DNA of 64,000 nucleotides from Candidatus Micrarchaeota archaeon (GTDB lineage: Archaea > Micrarchaeota > Micrarchaeia > Anstonellales > J096): positions 41,832 through 105,831 of the forward strand of contig JALWQW010000026.1 of the NCBI GenBank assembly GCA_026982895.1. The letters run 5' to 3'. The notes below the pieces were generated by a model. The model saw nothing but the letters and a program-made list of their open reading frames with translations, was not told the DNA's origin and ran no database searches. The first letter of the stretch is position 1; each line of letters begins with the position of its first letter. Of the stretch, positions 55,214 through 64,000 are shown in pieces. A program made the position numbers and the translations under genes.

Positions 55214-56617
55214 TTACAGTAATTTTTCCAATCCTTTCACGACTAGGCGCACGCCTGGAGCTGCCCCTCTTTTTCCGATATAGCTTATATTTGTCTCCAT
55301 CATACTTGCTATGTCAAGATGTATCCACGCCACTTTTTTATCGACGAATGCTTCTAAAAATTTGGCGGCCGTTATGCTACCAGCGTCGCCGTCCCAGCTG
55401 CCCAAGTTCTTCACATCCGCTATATCACTTTTGACCATCTCGCCGTATTCGCTGAACATGGGGAATGGCCAAACCCTCTCATAGGTTTCTTCACCTGCTT
55501 TTTTGAATGCATCTATGAACTTTTCACCTTTCTCGTTTGGGAAGAGCCCTATGGCGTATTTGCCCAATGCTACGCCCATAGCTCCTGTAAGCGTGGCCAA
55601 ATCAATTATGAGCTCTGGCTTGACATTTTTTGAAGCAAAGGCGAGGGCATCTGCTAAAATGAGCCTACCTTCTGCATCTGTGTGAAGTATTTCAACAGTT
55701 TTGCCACCGTAGCCTTTAATCACATCACTTGGCTTATAAGCAGCTGCTCCTGGCATGTTTTCTGTGAATATGGCTATGCCGTGCAATTCTATTGGCAATT
55801 TCAGCTTAGCTGCCGCCCTTACTATGCCAAGCATCACACACGCCCCACTTTTATCGAGGTTCATGTCGAGCATGTATCTGCCAGGTTTTATGCCAATACC
55901 ACCGCTGTCAAAGGTTATGCCCTTTCCAACCACAGCGACTTTCTTCTTTGCCTTTGGTCCTTTATATGTTATATGAACGAAGTAAGCATTCCTTGCGCTT
56001 CCACTATTTACAGCCAATGCAAGATTCATGCCTTTTTTGGCCATCGTTTTCTTATCCCACACTTCTATCTTTGCCTTTATTTCTTTGGCCAATTCTTTTG
56101 CCTTCTTAGCGCAGAATTCTGGCGTGCCCTTATTTGCTGGCGTGTTGGCTAGCTCTCTTGCATAATTTTGGCTCTCGGCTAGAATAATGTGCTTATCGAC
56201 TGTTTCCTTTTCTTTTTTTGGCAAAGTTGGCAGGAGCAGGCACTCCAAACCCTTCTTCTTTTCTTTTTTGCTTTTGTAGTCTGCTTTAAAGTCTGCTAAG
56301 ATAACACCTTCTGCAAACAACCCCGCCTGCTCGCCATCACTCATTTTAACTTTTTTCGATAACACCAATGCTACTTTTTTGTTTTTAGTCTCTTCTGCAA
56401 GTTTATGCGCTAGTAATCCAGCCTTTCTTATATCTTCTTTTTTAACCTCCTCACTTTTTCCCAAGTAGAGATACAACTCTGCCTTCTTTCCTGTGTTCAA
56501 AAGGTAGTGCTCTCCTTTCTCCAGTTTCACAGGCAGTTTCTCGCCTTTAGCGGCTAATCTCACGACAGGCACCGCTGCCTGCTTTCCATATTTTATTTTT
56601 ACAGCCATCATAATCAC
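55214..56617 (-). CDS. pepA: Leucyl aminopeptidase (M17)
   Basis: VGKGITFDSGG, NTDAEGRL-type motif (LHTDAEGRLILADAL) and ATLTGA. Confidence 0.9.
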   Translation of the reverse strand: MIMMAVKIKYGKQAAVPVVRLAAKGEKLPVKLEKGEHYLLNTGKKAELYLYLGKSEEVKKEDIRKAGLLAHKLAEETKNKKVALVLSKKVKMSDGEQAGLFAEGVILADFKADYKSKKEKKKGLECLLLPTLPKKEKETVDKHIILAESQNYARELANTPANKGTPEFCAKKAKELAKEIKAKIEVWDKKTMAKKGMNLALAVNSGSARNAYFVHITYKGPKAKKKVAVVGKGITFDSGGIGIKPGRYMLDMNLDKSGACVMLGIVRAAAKLKLPIELHGIAIFTENMPGAAAYKPSDVIKGYGGKTVEILHTDAEGRLILADALAFASKNVKPELIIDLATLTGAMGVALGKYAIGLFPNEKGEKFIDAFKKAGEETYERVWPFPMFSEYGEMVKSDIADVKNLGSWDGDAGSITAAKFLEAFVDKKVAWIHLDIASMMETNISYIGKRGAAPGVRLVVKGLEKLL

Positions 56618-56620
56618 CTA

Positions 56621-58276
56621 TTAAGATAAGAATTTGGAATATGCTATATATACACCAATTACAATCACAATTATTAAGACACCACCTATTAACAACAGTG
56701 GTAATCCCTTTACTTTAAACTTCAGCGTCCCTGTGTTGAAACCGTCTTTGCTCAATGTAACATAGTGTTCTCCTTCTTCTTCGAAACTCACTGTAAATGT
56801 GGGGCCTTTCTCTCCATGAGCTTCGCCATCTATTTTAACATTAAAATCAGTCACCTCCAAACCTTTGCTATCCAAAACAGTTATCTTCAAAACATCGCCT
56901 TTATTCAATTCCCTTGTATTTGGTTCTAGTTTTACTTTGAAGCTGTCTTTTGGGAGTTGGCTGTTCCTATATATGTCTTTAATATCCTCTTTGCTGTTTC
57001 CTTTTTTACATTCTAACATCAACTGCGTATCTTTTGGAAGGAGTTTTGGGTCTACATACAATGAGAATTCTTTTTTGTCTGTGTTAATTTTTTCTTTCCA
57101 CACCTCCGTGCCGTCTGTCTCTAATACTTTTATTTCTAAAGAACCTGCGCTTTTAACGAAGCCGCTGACTTTGAAAGGTATGTAACCAACTTCTTTAGAA
57201 TATTCTGTTATAACACAACCCCCTCCTAAATTTGTCGAGTCATAATATCCTTTATCGCTACCCGCACCAGCTACATAAGCAACTCCATTATCGACTATGA
57301 AGTCCATGAGGCCCATGTGCTCCGCTTTTTTCCTGAAGCTGTATTCTGCTGTTAAACCATCATTCAATGACACTGCAGTTATATGGTCGCCGTATAATAA
57401 GTATAAGGTTCCTAATGACTCCTCTATTTTGAAGGGATAATTATCTTCCAATGGGAATTCGTTGACAACCTTCAAATCTTTCAGAGTCTTGCCAGAGTAT
57501 ATCCTACCTCTAGCGGTTAAAACATATATTTTACCACCACTGACTTTTAGGTATATTATAGGGCCATCGACTGTCCTCTCTTCAAATTCTCTTTGTTCAT
57601 AATTGTATTTGTGAATATTTCCATATACATCTCCAACATATATGAAGCCATTTACCAATTGAGGTGGGTAAAATAAATCAGCACCATAATTTATTGTTTT
57701 TATGCTCAAATCCGCTTTTGTTATGATATACCATTTCCCTCCAACTTTGATGAATATGTAATTGGCTGAATCCAACACACTGTCGATTGTGCCGCTTATA
57801 TCCTTACTACTCTCTAAATTATAATGGACATTATATTGGCTGTCAAGCGTCGCTTTATATGTGAAGATTTTTATTGTTGCGCTGCTTTTTTTATCCTTGG
57901 GCGGAGCTTCGCCTATAACAATAACATCATTTCCAACCCCCTTGAATATGTATTTCAAACTGCCTGCTATATCCGGTTGCACTGCGCTTCTTTCATACAA
58001 ATAGCCCTTTTGCCATACAAAGGCTTTAAGCGTCGTTGGCGTTATAACATAAGCGGCGCTGCCCATTAACAGCCCATCAACAGGATTCTTGATGCTTTGG
58101 CTATCGACTACGCTTGAGCTATCGACGGATAAAATAGATGTTTGGGTTAAAATAAGTGTTTTCCCGCTACTGTGGCCTAAAACTTTTATTGGAATGCTGT
58201 CGAAGGTCGTAACTGCAAATAGAGATGTAAAAAAGAAAAGACTAAGCAGCAAATAAAGAGTCGTGTTTGTTTTCAT
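56621..58276 (-). CDS. Secreted beta-rich protein with a C-terminal TM anchor (propeller-like repeats suspected)
   Basis: Signal-like MKTNTTLYLLLSLFFFTSLFA and a C-terminal LLLIGGVLIIVIVIGVYIAY. The start overlaps the rpl11 3' end. Confidence 0.5.
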   Translation of the reverse strand: MKTNTTLYLLLSLFFFTSLFAVTTFDSIPIKVLGHSSGKTLILTQTSILSVDSSSVVDSQSIKNPVDGLLMGSAAYVITPTTLKAFVWQKGYLYERSAVQPDIAGSLKYIFKGVGNDVIVIGEAPPKDKKSSATIKIFTYKATLDSQYNVHYNLESSKDISGTIDSVLDSANYIFIKVGGKWYIITKADLSIKTINYGADLFYPPQLVNGFIYVGDVYGNIHKYNYEQREFEERTVDGPIIYLKVSGGKIYVLTARGRIYSGKTLKDLKVVNEFPLEDNYPFKIEESLGTLYLLYGDHITAVSLNDGLTAEYSFRKKAEHMGLMDFIVDNGVAYVAGAGSDKGYYDSTNLGGGCVITEYSKEVGYIPFKVSGFVKSAGSLEIKVLETDGTEVWKEKINTDKKEFSLYVDPKLLPKDTQLMLECKKGNSKEDIKDIYRNSQLPKDSFKVKLEPNTRELNKGDVLKITVLDSKGLEVTDFNVKIDGEAHGEKGPTFTVSFEEEGEHYVTLSKDGFNTGTLKFKVKGLPLLLIGGVLIIVIVIGVYIAYSKFLS

Positions 58277-58724
58277 CAATCTCTCTCTGGACTTCACGAG
58301 GGTTCTTTCCCTCGACAGTTAGGCCCATGCTTAAAGCAGTTCCTATAATCTCCTTAACTGTTGCCTTCACATTCTTGCCTAAGCTATTGCTTTTGCCCTT
58401 TGCCATTTCGACAATATCCTTTAAGCTTACATTGCCTATACTGCCTTCCTTCCACGCTTTACCATGCCCTTTTTCGACACCTGCCTTTTGTTTAAGAATC
58501 TGGGATGTCGGAGGAGCTCCTACTTCAATGGTAAAGCTCTTTGTCTTTGTGTCTATGACGACATTCACAGGCACGCTCAAACCAGCAAAAGCCTTTGTAG
58601 CCTCGTTTATGGCATTTACAACCTCTTGTATGTTTATGCCCATGGGTCCAAGAGCAGGTCCCAACGGCGGGCCGCCACTAGCCTTTCCACCTTCAACCAT
58701 CAACTTTATTACTTTCTCACTCAT
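58242..58724 (-). CDS. rpl11: Ribosomal protein uL11
   Basis: GGKASGGPPLGPALGPMGINIQEVV hallmark motif; 160 aa. Confidence 0.95.
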   Translation of the reverse strand: MSEKVIKLMVEGGKASGGPPLGPALGPMGINIQEVVNAINEATKAFAGLSVPVNVVIDTKTKSFTIEVGAPPTSQILKQKAGVEKGHGKAWKEGSIGNVSLKDIVEMAKGKSNSLGKNVKATVKEIIGTALSMGLTVEGKNPREVQREIDENKHDSLFAA

Positions 58725-60492
58725 ATTTTCCCTCCATAATAGCTTTTAACTCCGCAGGGTCTACTCTTAGCGAGTAGTCGCGCAGTATAGCTTTAATGTT
58801 GTTATCATAATCTTTTAATAGCTTTGCCACATCCTTCTTGCTCATTTTTCCAATTTCCTTCAAAATTTCATTTTCACTCTTGCCTTCAGATAGGAGATAA
58901 ATTGCTTTTTCTATGCCCTTTTTTGTAATCTTGCCGTCTTTGTAGAGGTCAAGGGCTCGTATGGTTACACTTTCTGTAGCCTCAATTCCTTCTCGCCTTA
59001 GTTTAGTGAGTGTATCCTCTAGTGTTATGGCCACTATTTTTGGTTCATGTCCTTTTCCAATGAGTTTTTCAAAAAGTGCCAAACGCTTGCTCCTCAGCAT
59101 TTTATTTACTAGCTCATCATTTTTCAATAGGCTTTTCAACTCCTCCTTCTTTTCATCAAAGCTTTTTGCCAATTTTTTACTCTCTGATAGCAAGCCATTG
59201 CTTATTTCAATATAAGGCACATCTGTTTCAGGATACATTCTCGCAGCCCCTGGTAGAGGCCTCATATAAGCACTTCCGCCGTCAGGAAGAGCCTTTCTTG
59301 TCTCTTCTGGGACAAAATCCATCTTTGCTCTCTCTATAACAGCCATTAGAGCTTGCTTTGCCTTTTCTTCATTCGCTACGACTACAATAAGAGCGTCGTT
59401 GTTTAAATCCTTCAGCAACTCGTTTATTTCATTGGCTTCCAATCCATACTTAGACAAATCTTCGTCGCTGTGTATAATACCTCCTACGCCAGCCTTTGCT
59501 TTGGCGTAATCAGAAAGCTCGCTTCCATACCTTCTTGTTCCAACACTTTGCCCTAGAATGCCGGCATGTTTTGGCAGCTTGATTGCCAACGCCTTACCTC
59601 CTGCTTCAATAGCCTTTTGTATGAACTTTGCCTTTGCTTTTTTGAATATCTCTGTTTCATCTATCATTTCAAGAGAGTGTATCTTTTCCAGCTCGGAGTA
59701 AGCGTTTCTCTTCCTTAGCTCATCTATTATTTTCAGCAAATCTCTCTGCCTCTTTATCTCATTACTCACCCATTTTTCGAGCATGTTTAATTCTTGAGCA
59801 CCTTTTATCTCTACTCTAGCTCCCTCTTCTATACTCACATTTAAATCCTGCCTTATTGTTCCAATACCTCTAGCAGCTTTTCCAGTGCTTCTCAATATCA
59901 ACCCTATTTTTTCACAAACTTCTCTCACATGCTTTCCTTCCTTTATATCTGGGCTCGTCGCTATTTCTATAAGCGGTATTCCCAATCTATCTACTCTGAA
60001 CTCCCCGTCTTTTAATATGCCTGCGCTTTCTTCTTCTATACATAAAGTTTGTATTCCCACACTGCCTTCGCTTGTCTCTATTTTACCGTCTATAGCTAAT
60101 AAAGCGGTTCTCTGAAAACCTGAAGTGTTGCTTCCATCGACCACAAGCTTTCTCATGACAACAGCTTTATCAAAGATTGCCATACCCATCTGTTGCGCCA
60201 CATTCAATGCCACAAGAAGAGCTTCCCTATTTATTTCGTGAGGCGGTTCTTCATCCATCTCTACCAAACAGCAGTGCTCGTCGTTGTAGAAATATGCGGA
60301 TGTTTTTCCTTTCTTCACCTCTTGGCTTGCAGCTCTATCAACCTCGCCTGTTTCAGACCGTGTGGTATGGAGCCGCCTGACGATGAAGTCATAGTTTAAG
60401 GGCGTTTCTAAACTGGCATCTGGCGAGGGGCATGAGCAAAAAAGCTTTGCTGTATCTAATCTTTGATGAATCTCCACGCCGATTTTAGGCAT
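58717..60492 (-). CDS. gatE: Glu-tRNA(Gln) amidotransferase subunit E
   Basis: IGVEIHQRLDTAKLFCSC and MRKLVVDGSNTSGFQRTAL, plus a GatB/E tail domain. No gatD is adjacent. Confidence 0.9.
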   Translation of the reverse strand: MPKIGVEIHQRLDTAKLFCSCPSPDASLETPLNYDFIVRRLHTTRSETGEVDRAASQEVKKGKTSAYFYNDEHCCLVEMDEEPPHEINREALLVALNVAQQMGMAIFDKAVVMRKLVVDGSNTSGFQRTALLAIDGKIETSEGSVGIQTLCIEEESAGILKDGEFRVDRLGIPLIEIATSPDIKEGKHVREVCEKIGLILRSTGKAARGIGTIRQDLNVSIEEGARVEIKGAQELNMLEKWVSNEIKRQRDLLKIIDELRKRNAYSELEKIHSLEMIDETEIFKKAKAKFIQKAIEAGGKALAIKLPKHAGILGQSVGTRRYGSELSDYAKAKAGVGGIIHSDEDLSKYGLEANEINELLKDLNNDALIVVVANEEKAKQALMAVIERAKMDFVPEETRKALPDGGSAYMRPLPGAARMYPETDVPYIEISNGLLSESKKLAKSFDEKKEELKSLLKNDELVNKMLRSKRLALFEKLIGKGHEPKIVAITLEDTLTKLRREGIEATESVTIRALDLYKDGKITKKGIEKAIYLLSEGKSENEILKEIGKMSKKDVAKLLKDYDNNIKAILRDYSLRVDPAELKAIMEGKYE

Positions 60493-60544
60493 ACTGCTCT
60501 TTACAGAAGAAGGGTTTTAAAGCCTGTCTATTTAAATAGAGGTC

Positions 60545-61168
60545 ATGTCTTCCGTATCAGAAAAAACAAACGAGAGAAGCTGGATTATGTTCAAGGAATC
60601 GACTTTAAATAGTCTGGAAGAGGCGAAGGCCGATGGCCTTGTAGATGAGCCAATCATACCGCTTCTTTCTCTCATTAATAGACATCCAAACTATGTTACG
60701 ACATCCTCTTGCTCTGGCAGGCTTCTTCTATTAGCTATAAAGGAGCATAAAAAAGATGCTTATATGTATAAGCGATGGCATGATATACCCTCACTTGAAG
60801 AGGTTAAGAAAACTGTCGAAAACTACGATGATGAGAAGGCTTTATGGTACAAAGTTGAACCGTTTATTTTGCATGTTGCCGCTAAAGACATTGAGAGTGC
60901 CATGAAGTTTGCCAAAGTTTGCAAGGCAGCAGGTCTAAAGCGTTTCGGCATTCAACCTATTCGCACTTCTCGCTTTTTGATTGAACTTCAAGGAACCGGC
61001 AGAGTGGAGATTCCATTGGAGAGTTGCCCAGCGCCAAATTGGCAAGAGCTTATCTCAACGACGGAACGGCTAATGAAAAAGAATTGGGAGCGCATGAATC
61101 ATTTTTATGATGTGTTTGCTGAAACATTCAAGGAAGAGTTATTGCCAGCTTCGCCAGGAGTAGAGTAA
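60545..61168 (+). CDS. taw3: tRNA wybutosine-synthesis protein 3 (TYW3/Taw3) methyltransferase
   Basis: YVTTSSCSGRLLLL (SSCSGR motif) and overall length. Confidence 0.75.
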   Translation: MSSVSEKTNERSWIMFKESTLNSLEEAKADGLVDEPIIPLLSLINRHPNYVTTSSCSGRLLLLAIKEHKKDAYMYKRWHDIPSLEEVKKTVENYDDEKALWYKVEPFILHVAAKDIESAMKFAKVCKAAGLKRFGIQPIRTSRFLIELQGTGRVEIPLESCPAPNWQELISTTERLMKKNWERMNHFYDVFAETFKEELLPASPGVE

Positions 61169-62136
61169 TCTTCATTGGCTATGAGGTTATAACTAATTAA
61201 GTATGTGCCGCTCCTCTCTAATGTACCTTTTATGTGTATTTTATCACCTTTCTTCAGTGGGCTTTTTACAGGCACGCTTATGTTTATACCTTCTATGTTC
61301 ACAACAACATCCTCTTCAAAATTGTAGGGGTATGAGAGGTTTAATGGTTTATCGCTTTCTATGTAGGAAGGCTCTATGACTGCGTCGCTTATTGTTTTTC
61401 TAAGCTGCGTTGCATTTGTGAAATTCTCATAAACGACAATATACCCTTCGCCAGCGTAACTAGCAAAGGCGGGCTTATATGTTATATTCGTTAGCACGAT
61501 ATCGCTTACATGCGCACCTTCTTTTCCCCTCCATTTATTTCTCTCTTCAAAAGGTATATTGTACACATATCGAGGGCTTTTTACATCTAATATTTCGTAG
61601 GTTCCGTTTATTTTTTCCTTGTTTATGAACATTCCCTCGGGATATACAGCAGAGATTGTGTTGTTTGATATCATTGCATATCCTTTCATATCCAGCGTTG
61701 TTTTTGGTGGAATGTATTTCTCCAATGTGAGTTCCACTTCATAAGTTGCGTTTTTAGCTCCAATATTTGTCGTAACTAAATCTATGAGAACGCGCTCTTT
61801 GAATGTTGCGCTTATATTATCGGGTATGCTTATATTATCGGGGATTTTACCTTCGCTCACATAAGTGTCGCCTATCTTCGTCAAACTAACGCCGGCTTTT
61901 TCTAATGCCTTGGCGCTGGCGTCATCATTCGTTTTTATGTAATCGACAGAAGTAACGGTGCCTCTCATGAGGGCATAAGCCTTTTCACTTTCAATATTTG
62001 TTATGGGCTTTTGCTTTCCCTCGTTTCTCACGATGTTTATGAAGAAACCATAAAGCATCTCACCAACAAAGATGATTATAACTATGGCTATAAGCAATTG
62101 CTGCTTGCTTACCTCTCCTATATAGGGTAATTTCAT
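61105..62136 (-). CDS. Hypothetical membrane-anchored protein, translationally coupled to lonB
   Basis: N-terminal TM helix ([20 protein letters not shown]). 4-nt overlap with the lonB stop. Tandem [11 protein letters not shown] duplication. Confidence 0.45.
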   Translation of the reverse strand: MKLPYIGEVSKQQLLIAIVIIIFVGEMLYGFFINIVRNEGKQKPITNIESEKAYALMRGTVTSVDYIKTNDDASAKALEKAGVSLTKIGDTYVSEGKIPDNISIPDNISATFKERVLIDLVTTNIGAKNATYEVELTLEKYIPPKTTLDMKGYAMISNNTISAVYPEGMFINKEKINGTYEILDVKSPRYVYNIPFEERNKWRGKEGAHVSDIVLTNITYKPAFASYAGEGYIVVYENFTNATQLRKTISDAVIEPSYIESDKPLNLSYPYNFEEDVVVNIEGINISVPVKSPLKKGDKIHIKGTLERSGTYLISYNLIANEDYSTPGEAGNNSSLNVSANTS

Positions 62137-64000
62137 AATTCCTCCTCCAATTTCTTTATCAGTTTTTTCTTGGCTGCGCAGTCCTTCAACGCCACCTTTA
62201 ATACATCTACAATGTGTTTTGCTTTATGCACTTTTACCTTTTTCTTCGTCCCTTCGCTTAAATCTTTGTAATTGCTTTCAGGTATAATTACCTCTTTTAT
62301 ACCAACATCATGAGCTGCCTCTATCTTTGCATTGACACCTCCTACAGGTAAAACATCGCCTCTAACATCGAGGCTGCCTGTCATAGCGACATCTTGTTTT
62401 ATTGGTATGTGTGTAAATGCGGATACAACAGCCACAGCCACACTTATACTTGCGCTATCTCCTTCTACACCTTCATATGTCTGCAGGAATTGGACATGGA
62501 TATCCTTTTTAGCAATCTCTGTTCCCATGGCTTTTTTGACGATGGCAGATACATTGTGCACAGCTTCTTTCGCAATCTCACCCAATTTCCCCGTCGCTAT
62601 AATCCTTCCTTCAACCTCGCTTGCTGACGGTGTGATTTCGGCTACTATTGGCAGGGTTATTCCTTTATTGGAGCTTCCTATTACTGCCAAGCCATTTACT
62701 CTACCTACTTCATAACCCTTTACTTGTATAACTTGATATTCTTTTTTCCTCTCAACATATTTATCTGCTATTTGCCATTCCACAGGTTGGGCATTCTTCT
62801 TGGCTGCGAGCACATGTTTCTTTTCAACATACTTTGCTCCGCTCTTCTTGGCAACATCACCAGCCGCTCTCACCAACCCACCGAGCTCTCTTAAATTGAG
62901 GGTGAGCTTTCCTTTCCTTCCAGCCATCCTTCGTGCTTCATCTATTATTGCGAGGACAGCATCTTTTGTGAAATGAGGTATCTTGCCATCCTTTCTAACT
63001 TCCTGAGCTACAAATCTAGCGAGCTTTTCTCTGTTGTCGTCGTTGTCATTCATATCTGTGTTTATGTAGATTTCATAGCCGTTACCCCTTATCCTGCTTC
63101 TTAATGCTGGGTGAAGCTTTGACAAATCTTCTTCATTACCGGCAGCGACTAATATGAAATCACAGGGCGCAGGCATTGTCTTTACAAGGGCGCCGCTGCT
63201 CAATTCACTTTGCCCTGTTATGCTATACTTTTTCTCCTGCATGGCCGTGAGCAATTCTTGCTGCCAGTTCAGCTTTAAGCTGGCAATTTCATCTATGAAG
63301 AGGACTCCTTTATTTGCCTTGTGTATTGCGCCTGCTTCAACCCTCAAATGGGCTGGCGTTCCTAAACCGCCGCTTTGAAGAGGGTCATGTTTAACATCAC
63401 CTAAAAGCGCGCCTGCTTTTGCACCTGTGGCGTCTATGAATGGGGCTTGGCTTCTTCCTGTGTTATCAACTATTAATTTCGGCGCTTGGTTCATCTGTGC
63501 GCTCTGCATTTGGGCTCTTCCACCCAAGCTTATGAATGTGTATAAGAGGTAAAGGAGGCCTGTTCCCAGCAAAACACCTAAATAATACCATCTTGCACTG
63601 TCGCTCATAGGTGCTATGCTTAAACCTAATCCTGCTAATAAAAATAATCCCAATGCAACGCTTGGTGTGAAAAATCCACCGCTCTTTTTCAGGTTTATCT
63701 TTGGTCTTTTTGAAGCAACAACTATTCTTCTCCCAAGGCCATCCTTGTTAAGAAGAGCTCTTATATTGCCCATAGCCAAGAGCTTTAGTTCTTCTTGATT
63801 GTATAGAGGTCTGAAGCCATGTGTCAATATCCATCCAAAAGGAGGATATGTTTTGACTACTTTTATTATGGGCTCATTCTCCATTACGGGATTGGGATAG
63901 ACGAGCATATCCTCTAAATCTTTTATAGGTAAGAGCTCGGCCATTGCTTGAGCCAACATACTCTTACCCGTGCCGGGAGGGCCTATCAATAGAACATGCC
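62133..64000 (-). CDS. lonB: Archaeal membrane-bound Lon protease (LonB), 5' end beyond the window
   Basis: Walker A GPPGTGKS sits at the window edge. A TM insertion lies within the AAA+ module ([19 protein letters not shown]...[15 protein letters not shown]). The protease domain has [12 protein letters not shown] (catalytic Ser) and [10 protein letters not shown] (Lys). The frame stays open to position 64000. Confidence 0.9.
   Translation of the reverse strand, partial: HVLLIGPPGTGKSMLAQAMAELLPIKDLEDMLVYPNPVMENEPIIKVVKTYPPFGWILTHGFRPLYNQEELKLLAMGNIRALLNKDGLGRRIVVASKRPKINLKKSGGFFTPSVALGLFLLAGLGLSIAPMSDSARWYYLGVLLGTGLLYLLYTFISLGGRAQMQSAQMNQAPKLIVDNTGRSQAPFIDATGAKAGALLGDVKHDPLQSGGLGTPAHLRVEAGAIHKANKGVLFIDEIASLKLNWQQELLTAMQEKKYSITGQSELSSGALVKTMPAPCDFILVAAGNEEDLSKLHPALRSRIRGNGYEIYINTDMNDNDDNREKLARFVAQEVRKDGKIPHFTKDAVLAIIDEARRMAGRKGKLTLNLRELGGLVRAAGDVAKKSGAKYVEKKHVLAAKKNAQPVEWQIADKYVERKKEYQVIQVKGYEVGRVNGLAVIGSSNKGITLPIVAEITPSASEVEGRIIATGKLGEIAKEAVHNVSAIVKKAMGTEIAKKDIHVQFLQTYEGVEGDSASISVAVAVVSAFTHIPIKQDVAMTGSLDVRGDVLPVGGVNAKIEAAHDVGIKEVIIPESNYKDLSEGTKKKVKVHKAKHIVDVLKVALKDCAAKKKLIKKLEEEL

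Overview
This is an AT-rich archaeal chromosomal segment. All three stop codons terminate genes, so the standard code applies. Gene density is high and many genes appear leaderless, with a TATA box about 26 nt upstream of the start codon. All calls rest on motif recognition by eye; no database or HMM search was run.

Housekeeping content:
- aEF-2, a thermosome subunit, AlaRS, GatE, uL11, RpoL/Rpo11, TFB, TruD, a PriS-like primase, SufB/D, archaeal signal peptidase, LonB (runs off the window end), M17 aminopeptidase and TYW3/Taw3.
- A complete A1Ao ATP synthase operon (atpHIKECFABD, 38487-46661).
- Eight tRNAs: Leu-GAG, Ile-GAU, Cys-GCA (with a 17-nt intron), Ala-UGC, Phe-GAA, Val-CAC and Leu-UAG, plus no others found. 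No rRNA, CRISPR array, transposase or integrase was seen.

Most interesting regions:
1. A tightly overlapping type IV filament operon (29614-36774) with a divergent class-III-signal pilin gene. It combines an ArlH/KaiC-like ATPase carrying a Lys/Ser-rich tail, five pilin-like genes, an ArlI/PilB-type ATPase and a platform split into two genes.
2. A TFB gene immediately downstream, carrying a roughly 215-aa histone-H1-like Lys/Pro/Ala/Ser N-terminal extension with an internal repeat.
3. An array of five related AT-rich palindromic hairpins next to tRNA-Ala (28643-28816).
4. An otherwise intact RNase HII gene interrupted by one in-frame TAA.
5. A GC-rich multi-hairpin element upstream of the primase gene.
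6. A secreted Cys-rich protein with thrombospondin-type-3-like Ca-binding repeats and a transglutaminase-like C-terminus.

The fragmented ribosomal and translation gene synteny and the abundance of Cys-rich surface proteins are compatible with a small-genome (DPANN-like) archaeon. That assignment is inference only.
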